Below, piece after piece: positions 15,598 to 23,829 of a stretch of 32,000 nucleotides of DNA. The stretch spans positions 2,820,001 to 2,852,000 of the forward strand of contig JALDRA010000001.1 in NCBI GenBank assembly GCA_031316235.1. Direction: 5' to 3'. A model generated the notes under the pieces. That model searched no databases, had not been told where the DNA came from, and saw only the letters and a program-made list of their open reading frames with translations. The DNA comes from Candidatus Scalindua sp. GTDB lineage: Bacteria > Planctomycetota > Brocadiia > Brocadiales > Scalinduaceae. The first letter of the stretch is position 1; each line of letters starts with the position of its first letter. The position numbers and the translations under genes were made by a program.

Positions 15598-17523
15598 ATG
15601 TCAGAAAATAAAACATTTAAGATCCATTTTCTTCCTAATGATACTTTTGTCGAGATCAGGGAAGGCAATACGGTACTCGATGCTGCTCATAACGCAAATA
15701 TATACGTTAATAGTATCTGTGGCGGAGAAGGCATTTGTGGGAAGTGCAAGGTTGTCGTCTCAAAAGGTGCGGTTGACGCGCCCCCAACGACTTTGATAAG
15801 TGGTGAGGAAAAAGAGAAAAACTATATTCTTGCGTGTGAGGCAAAGATTGTTGAAGACTTGCAGATTCTTATACCTCAGGAGACAAGACTGGAAGGAAAA
15901 AAAATACTCTTGGATCAGAACGAGCAGCATTCACTGACATGGGCAGCAGTGCAGAGTAAATCGGATTTTAAACACAATCCGCTAACGAAAAAGATATTTC
16001 TTACAATGGAAGCTCCTACGATGGAGGATAATGTTTCTGATCATGATCGCCTTTGTCAGGCGATCATGATGAATCAGGGAGTTGAGCTGAATACAATTCA
16101 AACAAGTATTAACATTGTGAGAAAGCTGCCGGAGATTTTAAGGCAAGGCAATTGGTCGGTAACAGCCACATTGGCTCGTCGAGGACCTGTTCTGGAAGTT
16201 GTTGAAGTCCAAGCGGGAGATACCAGCCAGAATAACTTCGGAGTGGCCATAGATATCGGCACCACTACGGTTGTAACATGTTTAATGGAATTGGGGAGCT
16301 CGAAGGTTGTTGATTCCGAGGCAATCTATAATTCTCAAATGAAGTTTGGTGAAGATTACATCCAGAGAATTATATATGTAATACAGAACAATGCCCTGGA
16401 TGAAATGCAAAGGACTATTGTTTCGGACATAAATAAGACTATTTTGGCACTCGTTGAAAGACATGGAATAGATCTCAAGGATATTACCTCTGTTGTGTGT
16501 GCGGGGAATACCGCAATGATTCATTTTCTTCTCTGTCTGGATCCGGAAAATATCAGAAAAGAGCCGTATCTCCCTGCTGCAAATTTTATTTCCCCTTTTC
16601 GGGCATCTCAAATAGGCATAAACATAAATCCGAGAGGAATCCTTTATGCTCTTCCCAGTGTTTCGGCATATGTGGGAGCAGATTTGACATCAGGGGCGGC
16701 GGCCATTAGACTGGATAAAGAGGAAATGCCCTGTCTGTTTATTGATATCGGTACAAATGGAGAGGTTGTTCTCGGGAACAGGGATTGGATGGTTTGCTGT
16801 TCTGCATCAGCGGGTCCGGCATTTGAGGGGAGCGGTGTCCACTATGGAATGAGAGCAGCAAAAGGTGCTATTGAAATACTTCATATTACAAAGGATTATG
16901 AGGTGATCTATACAACTATTGGAAATGTAAAGCCAAAGGGAGTCTGTGGTTCAGGATTGCTGGATTGTGTTGCAGAGATGCTGCGCTGTGGAATAATTGA
17001 CAGATCCGGTAATTTCCAGAAAGACATAAAGAGCGATAGATTAAGAAAGAAGGATGATGAATATGAATTTGTGCTGGTCAAAAAGAGTGAAACGGGTATT
17101 GATTCCGACATAGTCATAACGCAAGCTGATATTGCGAATCTTGTTCGATCAAAGGGCGCAATATATGCAGCAGTTTCAATTCTCGTTGAATCTATGGGAT
17201 TAAGTGTAAATGATCTGCACTGCATTTATCTTGCAGGAGGTTTTGGTAATTATCTCAATGTAAGAAATGCCATAACAATAGGTATGTTGCCTGATATACC
17301 TACGTCTCAAATAAAATTTGTTGGTAATACTTCCTTGATAGGTGCGAAAATGGTATTGATTTCAGAAGACGCATTTGAAACAGTTCAAAAAATAGCAACT
17401 CAAATGACCTATTTTGATATGATGGGAAACCCGAAATACATGGAGGCTTTTATGTCTGCAAACTTCCTCCCTCATACAAATCTTAATGAATTTCCATCTG
17501 TAGCGCAGGAGTTATCCAATTAG
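15598..17523 (+). CDS. acsV: reductive activator of the corrinoid Fe-S protein (RACo / AcsV-type, 2Fe-2S ferredoxin + ASKHA ATPase)
   Basis: The N-terminal plant-type ferredoxin motif is CGGEGICGKCKV. ASKHA phosphate motifs (AIDIGTTTV, FIDIGTNGE, LAGGFGN) follow. Its position between acsC and cooC matches classical acs operons. Confidence 0.85.
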   Translation: MSENKTFKIHFLPNDTFVEIREGNTVLDAAHNANIYVNSICGGEGICGKCKVVVSKGAVDAPPTTLISGEEKEKNYILACEAKIVEDLQILIPQETRLEGKKILLDQNEQHSLTWAAVQSKSDFKHNPLTKKIFLTMEAPTMEDNVSDHDRLCQAIMMNQGVELNTIQTSINIVRKLPEILRQGNWSVTATLARRGPVLEVVEVQAGDTSQNNFGVAIDIGTTTVVTCLMELGSSKVVDSEAIYNSQMKFGEDYIQRIIYVIQNNALDEMQRTIVSDINKTILALVERHGIDLKDITSVVCAGNTAMIHFLLCLDPENIRKEPYLPAANFISPFRASQIGININPRGILYALPSVSAYVGADLTSGAAAIRLDKEEMPCLFIDIGTNGEVVLGNRDWMVCCSASAGPAFEGSGVHYGMRAAKGAIEILHITKDYEVIYTTIGNVKPKGVCGSGLLDCVAEMLRCGIIDRSGNFQKDIKSDRLRKKDDEYEFVLVKKSETGIDSDIVITQADIANLVRSKGAIYAAVSILVESMGLSVNDLHCIYLAGGFGNYLNVRNAITIGMLPDIPTSQIKFVGNTSLIGAKMVLISEDAFETVQKIATQMTYFDMMGNPKYMEAFMSANFLPHTNLNEFPSVAQELSN

Positions 17524-17549
17524 ACTGTTTTTTTACAGGTAAATTTGCC

Positions 17550-18317
17550 ATGTCTTATACGATTGCATTAGCAGGAAAAGGCGGAACAGGTAAGTCAACC
17601 GTTGCGACCCTGATTATCCGTTATCTTACGGAAGAGCTGGGGAAGTCGACTCTGGCCGTTGATGCAGACCCAAATTCAACTCTTGGTTTGTCCCTGGGAG
17701 TGAAGGTGGAGAGTACAATTGCTGATATACGTGACGATGTTGTTGAAAAGAGAGTTGATATTCCTGCTTCTATGTCCAAAGACAGGTATATTGAGTATGC
17801 TATTGAAAATTCAATTGTTGAAGAAAAAAAATTTGATTTGTTAACGATGGGGAGGCCGGAAGGTCCCAAGTGTTATTGTTATGCTAACAATTTGCTCCGG
17901 AAGTATCTTGATAAAGCAGAAAAAAGCTATCCCTTTATCGTTATTGATAATGAAGCCGGTATGGAGCATCTGTCTCGCAGGACTACGAATGATGTCGATT
18001 TACTCATAATTGCGTTTGAAGCAACTATTATCGGCGTACACACGGCGGCAAGGATTACTGCATTAATTGGAACTTTGCCCATCAAAATAAAAAAGAGAGC
18101 TTACGTAATGTGCAAGGTCCCGAAAAAAGGGATAAGTAAAAGGGTTGTTTCTGAGATCGCCAGCGCTGGATTTGAAGTCTCCGCGAGTTTGCCATTTGAT
18201 GAAGAAATATATGATCATATTTCTTCTGGCGAGTCTTTATTGGATATTGAGAGTGATAACCCGGTGTATGATGAGGTAAAGAAACTAATTGCTTCATCAA
18301 TAAACGGCCACTCCTGA
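17550..18317 (+). CDS. cooC: second CooC/AcsF-type nickel-insertion ATPase
   Basis: The Walker A motif is IALAGKGGTGKST. The CxC motif is GPKCYCYAN. The fold is MinD-like. Confidence 0.85.
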   Translation: MSYTIALAGKGGTGKSTVATLIIRYLTEELGKSTLAVDADPNSTLGLSLGVKVESTIADIRDDVVEKRVDIPASMSKDRYIEYAIENSIVEEKKFDLLTMGRPEGPKCYCYANNLLRKYLDKAEKSYPFIVIDNEAGMEHLSRRTTNDVDLLIIAFEATIIGVHTAARITALIGTLPIKIKKRAYVMCKVPKKGISKRVVSEIASAGFEVSASLPFDEEIYDHISSGESLLDIESDNPVYDEVKKLIASSINGHS

Positions 18318-18461
18318 CCAATAACACACTGTTTGAAATGAGGCGTGGTGTCTCTCTGTTCAAACGAGCCATTATTGTCAAAAGGGGAGAAATCTGCGAA
18401 GCTGCTTCAGCTGTATGTCTACCCTGCGGTAAGAGGTGGCCTCCTGATCGTTTCCTCTGGG

Positions 18462-18574
18462 TATACTCATCTCATACTGGATTTCGGATAAAGTCCTCGG
18501 CGCTTTTTGTCCGGGGATACCTTCACCAGGATTTGGTTTCCGGTAAAATCGAAAACCAAATCGGTTTTTGTATA
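18462..18574 (-). repeat. MITE-like dispersed repeat, copy 2 (reverse orientation, carries the CCCCGGACAAAAAGCGCCGAGGAC module)
   Basis: The reverse complement aligns end to end with the other three copies. It is bounded by TATACA...GAGTATA. It lies in the 607-bp spacer between cooC and acsD. Confidence 0.8.
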
Positions 18575-18773
18575 ATACATCTCTTTTTCAGACTCAACTG
18601 CTTGTTTACTTTATCAAGAACTATCTCCATTCCATACCTGATATAAGTCTCAGCGAATTTCCGGTAATGCATTACATGATTCCAACCTTGCCATGTTAAT
18701 AATTACCGATCCAGGGTGATGGAATTATCCCGCAAATTGTTTCATTTGCATTGAAATCAATGCTGAAAATGAA

Positions 18774-18801
18774 TTGACACAAACCTCGATTGTGCTATAA
18801 T
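18774..18801 (+). promoter_or_regulatory. near-consensus sigma70 promoter with extended -10, upstream of acsD-acsE
   Basis: TTGACA at 18774-18779, a 16-nt spacer ending in TGC, then TATAAT at 18796-18801. It lies about 125 nt upstream of the acsD ATG. Confidence 0.45.
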
Positions 18802-18924
18802 CCGGCTTTAAATCTATACCTCAAGTTTTTGTGTCTCATTAACTTACTTGTTTTGTTATTGCTCAATATGTGTTGAATGATGAGGTGTTAATTATGATAT
18901 TTTTTCGTTAACGGAGAAGGAAGA

Positions 18925-19896
18925 ATGCAGATAGCAAGTGTAGAAGAAAAGTGGGCAGGTGCCGTAAAAAAAGTTACCATTGGAGCAACAAAAGAAGAGG
19001 GTGGAACGAGAGAGAGGGTTGTAACTATCGGCGGCGCGAAAAGCATACCCTTCATGGATTTTGATGGGGATCAGGGCAATAGGCCCGTAATTGCAATGGA
19101 TGTATATGATGTTCCTCCAGAAGATTGGCCTGAACCGCTTTTGAGGAATTTTCAAGACGTAGTGAGCGATCCTGCTCTCTGGGCAAAAAAATGTGTCGAG
19201 GAGTATGGGGCAGATCTAATCTGTTTAAAACTTGATGGTATTCATCCTGATAAGGGAAACAGGAGCAGCGGTGATGCTGTTAAGACGGTTAAATCTGTTT
19301 TGGAAGCGGTTAAGGTGCCTTTGATTATTTGGGGCTGTGAAAATGATGAAAAGGACAATGAGGTATTGCCTAAGGTGAGCCAGGCTGCAGCTGGAGAGAG
19401 ATGTCTTCTGGGGAGTGCTACCCAGGATAACTATAAAACGATTACTGCTGTATGTCTCGCGGATGGCCACAATCTGATAACGGAAGCTCCCGTAGATATT
19501 AACATAGGGAAACAGGTAAATATCCTGGTGACAGATTTGGGTTTTCCTGTTGACAGGATAGTTATGTTTCAGACTACAGGGGCCCTTGGTTATGGTATTG
19601 AATATTGTTATTCAATCCATGAGAGAGGAAGGATCGCTGCCTTGTCAGGAGATGGTCAGATGGCAACTCCTGTTATTTGCGATGTCGGTCATGAGGTCTG
19701 GAGGGCAAAGGAGGCAAAGGCAACTGATGATGAGGCTCCACAATGGGGATCATTTGCAGAAAGAGGTATTATGTGGGAAACAGTTACCGCTACAACCTTG
19801 CTGCAGTCAGGAGTTGACATCATAAGGATGTACCATCCCAGGGCTGTGTCGATAGTAAAAGACCATATTGACCAACTCTCTGGAAAAGGTTCGTGA
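18925..19896 (+). CDS. acsD: corrinoid iron-sulfur protein small subunit (AcsD / CdhD)
   Basis: The product is 323 aa. The N-terminus reads EEKWAGAVKKVTIGATKEEGGTRERVVTIGG. It is a TIM-barrel subunit, and a GGAGAAGGAAGA ribosome-binding site precedes the start. Confidence 0.9.
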   Translation: MQIASVEEKWAGAVKKVTIGATKEEGGTRERVVTIGGAKSIPFMDFDGDQGNRPVIAMDVYDVPPEDWPEPLLRNFQDVVSDPALWAKKCVEEYGADLICLKLDGIHPDKGNRSSGDAVKTVKSVLEAVKVPLIIWGCENDEKDNEVLPKVSQAAAGERCLLGSATQDNYKTITAVCLADGHNLITEAPVDINIGKQVNILVTDLGFPVDRIVMFQTTGALGYGIEYCYSIHERGRIAALSGDGQMATPVICDVGHEVWRAKEAKATDDEAPQWGSFAERGIMWETVTATTLLQSGVDIIRMYHPRAVSIVKDHIDQLSGKGS

Positions 19897-19973
19897 GCGG
19901 GAAGCATCTTTAACCTGTGGTTTTTAAAAGAGTCATTTGAGATTAAATTGAAATTATAGAGAGGAGAAGAGGT

Positions 19974-20759
19974 ATGATCTCGATCGGTGAAAGAATAAAC
20001 GGAATGTTTACTGATGTAAAAAATGCTATAAAAAACAAGGAGGCTGCTGTTGTGCAGGAATTGGCAAGACGGCAAACCGAAGCTGGTGCAACCTATCTGG
20101 ATATTAATGTTGGCACTGAAGCTTCCGATCAGCGGGATGCCATGAAATGGCTGGTCGAGGTCACGCAGGAGGCGGTAAAGACACCCCTTGCCTTAGATAG
20201 TCAAAAGTTGGATGTCATCAAGGCCGGTCTGGAAGTTGTCAAAAACGAGGTTATGATTAATTCTGCTTCGGGTGATCCTGAAACACTTGACACTTACATG
20301 CAGCTTGCAAAGCAGCATAACGCTGCCTTGATCTGTCTTACTCTGAACAAGGAGGGCATACCCCAGGACGTAGATAACCGGGTAGCGATTGCAATGACGA
20401 TTGTTGAAAAGGCGACTGAGCATGGGATGGATATGAATAAAATATTTATTGATCCTATTTTATTAACGGTAAATGTAGATCAAAAACAGCCGGCTTATAT
20501 GTTTGAAGTCTTTAGTCAGATAAAACTCCTTTCTGATCCACCTCCACACATAACCGTTGGTTTAAGCAACTTTTCGCAGGGGACCAAGGAAAAATCTTTA
20601 TTAAACAGAACTTTCTTGACGATGGCTATTGCTGCCGGTTTGGATACGGCTCTCATGGATGTACTTGATACGGCTCTCATGGATGCTGCAATATGCTCAG
20701 AAATGATACTCAATAAACAGATTTATAGTGATTCGTTCCTCAAGGCTGCAAGGCAATAA
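19974..20759 (+). CDS. acsE: methyltetrahydrofolate:corrinoid/iron-sulfur protein Co-methyltransferase (MeTr)
   Basis: The pterin-binding domain motifs ISIGERINGMF, LDINVG, MINS and GLSNFSQG are present. The 261-aa length matches MeTr. Confidence 0.92.
   Translation: MISIGERINGMFTDVKNAIKNKEAAVVQELARRQTEAGATYLDINVGTEASDQRDAMKWLVEVTQEAVKTPLALDSQKLDVIKAGLEVVKNEVMINSASGDPETLDTYMQLAKQHNAALICLTLNKEGIPQDVDNRVAIAMTIVEKATEHGMDMNKIFIDPILLTVNVDQKQPAYMFEVFSQIKLLSDPPPHITVGLSNFSQGTKEKSLLNRTFLTMAIAAGLDTALMDVLDTALMDAAICSEMILNKQIYSDSFLKAARQ
20640..20687 (+). repeat. two adjacent near-identical 24-bp units inside acsE (LDTALMDV / LDTALMDA)
   Basis: Unit 1 (20640-20663) is ttggatacggctctcatggatgta. Unit 2 (20664-20687) is cttgatacggctctcatggatgct. 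They share 21/24 identity, including a 19-nt exact core. Confidence 0.9.
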
Positions 20760-20818
20760 AATCTTTCTGTCACTTCTTTTTGTGCCATTTTGTTAATCGA
20801 CGGTTGTTTTGAAAAAAT

Positions 20819-21238
20819 ATGAAGAGCGGTGAGATTACGATCCGGGTAAGGTACCAGGAAACCGACCAGATGGGTATAGTGTATTATTCAAACTATTTTG
20901 TGTATTTTGAGATGGGGAGAATAGAGTTTTTACGTAATCTTGGCATTTCCTATGCGCAGCTTGAAAAGGAAAATGTCTTTCTGGCTGTTGTAGATGCACA
21001 TTGCAGATACAGATCGCCGGCAAAATTTGACGATCTTCTCGTTGTGAATACCTGTGTTTCAAAATTGAAATATACCAGAGTTGAGTTTTGCTACGAGATC
21101 AGGCGGGTGGATGAAAAAAAACTGATTGCTGAGGGATCTACGATGCTTGCATGCCTGGATGGATCGAAAAAACCAATGGTTATACCGGACAAAATCAAAA
21201 AAGCCATCGATTCCCGTGACATAACCACATATAACTAA
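20819..21238 (+). CDS. acyl-CoA thioesterase, 4HBT/YbgC hot-dog fold family
   Basis: IRVRYQETDQMGIVYYSNYFVYFEMGRIEFLR is a typical YbgC/FadM-type N-terminus with the catalytic Asp. The product is 139 aa. Confidence 0.8.
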   Translation: MKSGEITIRVRYQETDQMGIVYYSNYFVYFEMGRIEFLRNLGISYAQLEKENVFLAVVDAHCRYRSPAKFDDLLVVNTCVSKLKYTRVEFCYEIRRVDEKKLIAEGSTMLACLDGSKKPMVIPDKIKKAIDSRDITTYN

Positions 21239-21245
21239 TACGGTA

Positions 21246-21357
21246 TATACTAAAACCGATTTGGTTTTCGGTTTTTCTGAAAACCAAATCTTGGTGAAGG
21301 TATATTCGCTCCGTTTTTTCTCGGATTTTATCCGAAAACCATTATGAAATGAGTATA
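21246..21357 (+). repeat. MITE-like dispersed repeat, copy 3 (short form)
   Basis: It is about 93% identical by eye to copy 4 over 112 bp. It is bounded by TATACT...GAGTATA and starts 7 nt after the thioesterase stop. Confidence 0.85.
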
Positions 21358-21669
21358 ACAGAGGTTTTTGCTACATGAGTGGAGGCATAAACAGCGTGAG
21401 TTGGATATTGCTGTTCCAGCAGAAGGTTCGAACATATATGAAGCCGCAGAAACACAGTTCAGTCCTCTTTATCAAAGTTGTGATGGGATATTTCTTGTGG
21501 GCTGTATTCATTCCAGAACTATCAATTATTACTGGGAAAAATTATGAAGTTAATGGATTTTACTACAGACTAGTGATGGATACAATGCGTTTCCAACCAC
21601 GTCTCCTTCTTCAGTAATTTGATTTTTTAAGCAAAGAACGTATCGTAAAAAGACGTTTTGGAAATAGAT

Positions 21670-23592
21670 ATGAACATCGAATGTTTATGTGTTTTGATTG
21701 TTGACAGTAATAAAGATAATCACCCTCTCTTAAGGAAATCTTTGACTGATGCTATAAAAAATATTGATATACATCTTTCAGATACCGTTGAGGATGGTCT
21801 CCGCAAATTATCACAGAAACGGTATAATATTCTCCTTGTCGGTTCAGGTTTATTTGATATGGGAGTGATTGATTTTTTACACAAAGTGGAAAAAGCGGAT
21901 CATCATCTGCCTATTATCATGATAATGAATGCCGAAGACAAAAATATTGTGGAAGAAGCTATGGAACTCGGAGTTCGTGGCTTTCTGAACAAATCCGAAG
22001 GTTATTTAGAGAGGTTGCCTTTAATGATGCTGAAGATATCGAAAGAATATCTTGTCAGGAATGAAGTTGAGATGATCGAGAGAAAATTGGAGGAGTCCGA
22101 ATTAAGATATCGGATGCTTGTCGAAGACATTGTTGATGTAGTTTTTTCTGCTGATAAAGAGTTAAACATTCTTTCGATAAATCTTGCCTGTCAAAGAGTT
22201 TTTGAGTGTTCAAAAGAGAAGGCTTTGGGATTGAACCTTTATGAGCTGGTGATTGAAGAGGATAGGGAGAAAATCATCGATTGTTTGAAGGGAGCATTTG
22301 CAAGCAAACGAGAATTTATTGAAGGGCTTGAGTTCAGAATAAGGACCAGGTCTGGAAATATCAAATATGTAGAACTCAATGCCAAAGTCTTTTATTCTGA
22401 GCAGGATGGTAAGGTACTGACTGAAGGCGTTATCAGAGACATTACGGAGAGAAAAAAGATTGAGCAGAAATTGTTCCAAATTGATAAGTTGAACGCCCTG
22501 GGTCTGCAATCGAGTGGTATTGCGCACGAGTTCAATAATGTTTTGGGGATTATCCTGGGATATTTAGATATTTTGAAATTAAGGTTGGATGGAAGTAACG
22601 ATCAGGTTATGGATACCATAAATATAATCGATAAAGCGGCGAGGGACGGTGCGATAATTGTAGATAAGATTCAGCAATTCTCAAAAACCAAATTAAGTTA
22701 TTCTGGAGCAGAACAAACAGACCTTGTCAAAATTGTTCATGAGGCGGTAGAATTTACTATGCCAAGGTGGAAACGTGAGGCGGAAACAAAAGGAATTGAA
22801 TATATCATTAAGAATAATCTGAATAACCTGAGACTCAATGTAAGGAGTAATCCGACTGAATTGAGAGAAGTAATTGTGAATATCATTAACAATAGTGTTG
22901 ATGCAATGCCGGATGGAGGTACAATCGAATTTTCTGCAACAACCGATGTCGAAAGCGTCGTTCTTTCGATTTCAGATGATGGAATGGGTATCGAGGAAGA
23001 AATAAAAGATAAGATTTTTGACCCATTCTTCACAACAAAAGGGGTGAAGAGATCAGGGCTTGGGATGAGCGTATCTTATAGTATCATCACCCGTTACGGA
23101 GGTGTAATTCGTATTGATAGTCGTTACGGCAAAGGTACAACTGTTCACATAAAAATGCCTTTGTATTCCCAGGAGATAATGAAACGAGTTAAAGACCAGG
23201 AAGCTATTTCTGATCAGAAAGCTAAAATACTGATAATAGAAGATGAAGAGGTTATCCTTGAGATGATGAAGATCATTCTTGAAGGAAAGGGGCATAAGGT
23301 TTTTATATCGAAAGATGCAAGTGTCGGTTTGGAGATGTACGAGAATGACCAATATGATGTCGTATTGTGTGACCTTGCTATGCCGAAAGTAAACGGATGG
23401 AAAGTGGCAAACTTTATTAAAAATCTTGATGCTATTAGAAAGGCAACAAAAACGCCGGTAATATTGATTACGGGTTATGAATTGGATACAGAAAGCATTG
23501 ATTATAAAAAGGAAGGTGTGGATTTCATCCTTCAGAAACCGATTGAATTTGAAAAGTTGGAAAGAATAATCAGTAATCTGATTGCAGTATAA
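21670..23592 (+). CDS. hybrid sensor histidine kinase: degenerate N-terminal receiver, PAS, HisKA, HATPase_c, C-terminal receiver
   Basis: The ORF track starts at TTG 21658; ATG 21670 (MNIECL) is more likely. The H-box is GIAHEFNNVLGIILGY. The N/G boxes are NIINNSVDAMPDGG and DDGMGI..GLGMS. The C-terminal REC reads ILIIEDEE..DVVLCDLAMPKVNGW..ITGY..KP. Confidence 0.85.
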   Translation: MNIECLCVLIVDSNKDNHPLLRKSLTDAIKNIDIHLSDTVEDGLRKLSQKRYNILLVGSGLFDMGVIDFLHKVEKADHHLPIIMIMNAEDKNIVEEAMELGVRGFLNKSEGYLERLPLMMLKISKEYLVRNEVEMIERKLEESELRYRMLVEDIVDVVFSADKELNILSINLACQRVFECSKEKALGLNLYELVIEEDREKIIDCLKGAFASKREFIEGLEFRIRTRSGNIKYVELNAKVFYSEQDGKVLTEGVIRDITERKKIEQKLFQIDKLNALGLQSSGIAHEFNNVLGIILGYLDILKLRLDGSNDQVMDTINIIDKAARDGAIIVDKIQQFSKTKLSYSGAEQTDLVKIVHEAVEFTMPRWKREAETKGIEYIIKNNLNNLRLNVRSNPTELREVIVNIINNSVDAMPDGGTIEFSATTDVESVVLSISDDGMGIEEEIKDKIFDPFFTTKGVKRSGLGMSVSYSIITRYGGVIRIDSRYGKGTTVHIKMPLYSQEIMKRVKDQEAISDQKAKILIIEDEEVILEMMKIILEGKGHKVFISKDASVGLEMYENDQYDVVLCDLAMPKVNGWKVANFIKNLDAIRKATKTPVILITGYELDTESIDYKKEGVDFILQKPIEFEKLERIISNLIAV

Positions 23593-23829
23593 CAAGCAGG
23601 AAATAATTTGTTCGTAATTTTCGATTGATGTATAACGTGCCCGGATAGCTGATTCCAGTTAGCGTGCAGATTCTCTGTGTGTGTTAATATCTTTTTCTGT
23701 GGCAGAGACAGGTTGTGGACATATTCTCTTTATTATTTCATTTTGTCTGGGGTTGGTTTTGCATCGGAATATTACATGAAAACAGCACCTCTGGTTTGTG
23801 AGAGTATCTTCACAATCAGATTTTACCTG

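Noticed and set aside
18338-18646. 102-aa ORF in the cooC-acsD spacer, and a ~49-codon minus-strand ORF (MHYRKFAETYIRYGMEIVLDKV...) reading into the repeat
   Set aside because: Both run through MITE copy 2, have no convincing ribosome-binding site and match no family I can name. The minus-strand piece may be a gene remnant, but I cannot support that from the sequence alone.
21375-21617. 80-aa ORF and an overlapping 58-codon frame (..LDIAVPAEGSNIYEAAETQFSPLYQ..) between repeat copy 3 and the kinase
   Set aside because: There is no ribosome-binding site and no recognisable domain, and the frames compete with each other. I treat the region as non-coding or decayed sequence until a BLASTX search says otherwise.
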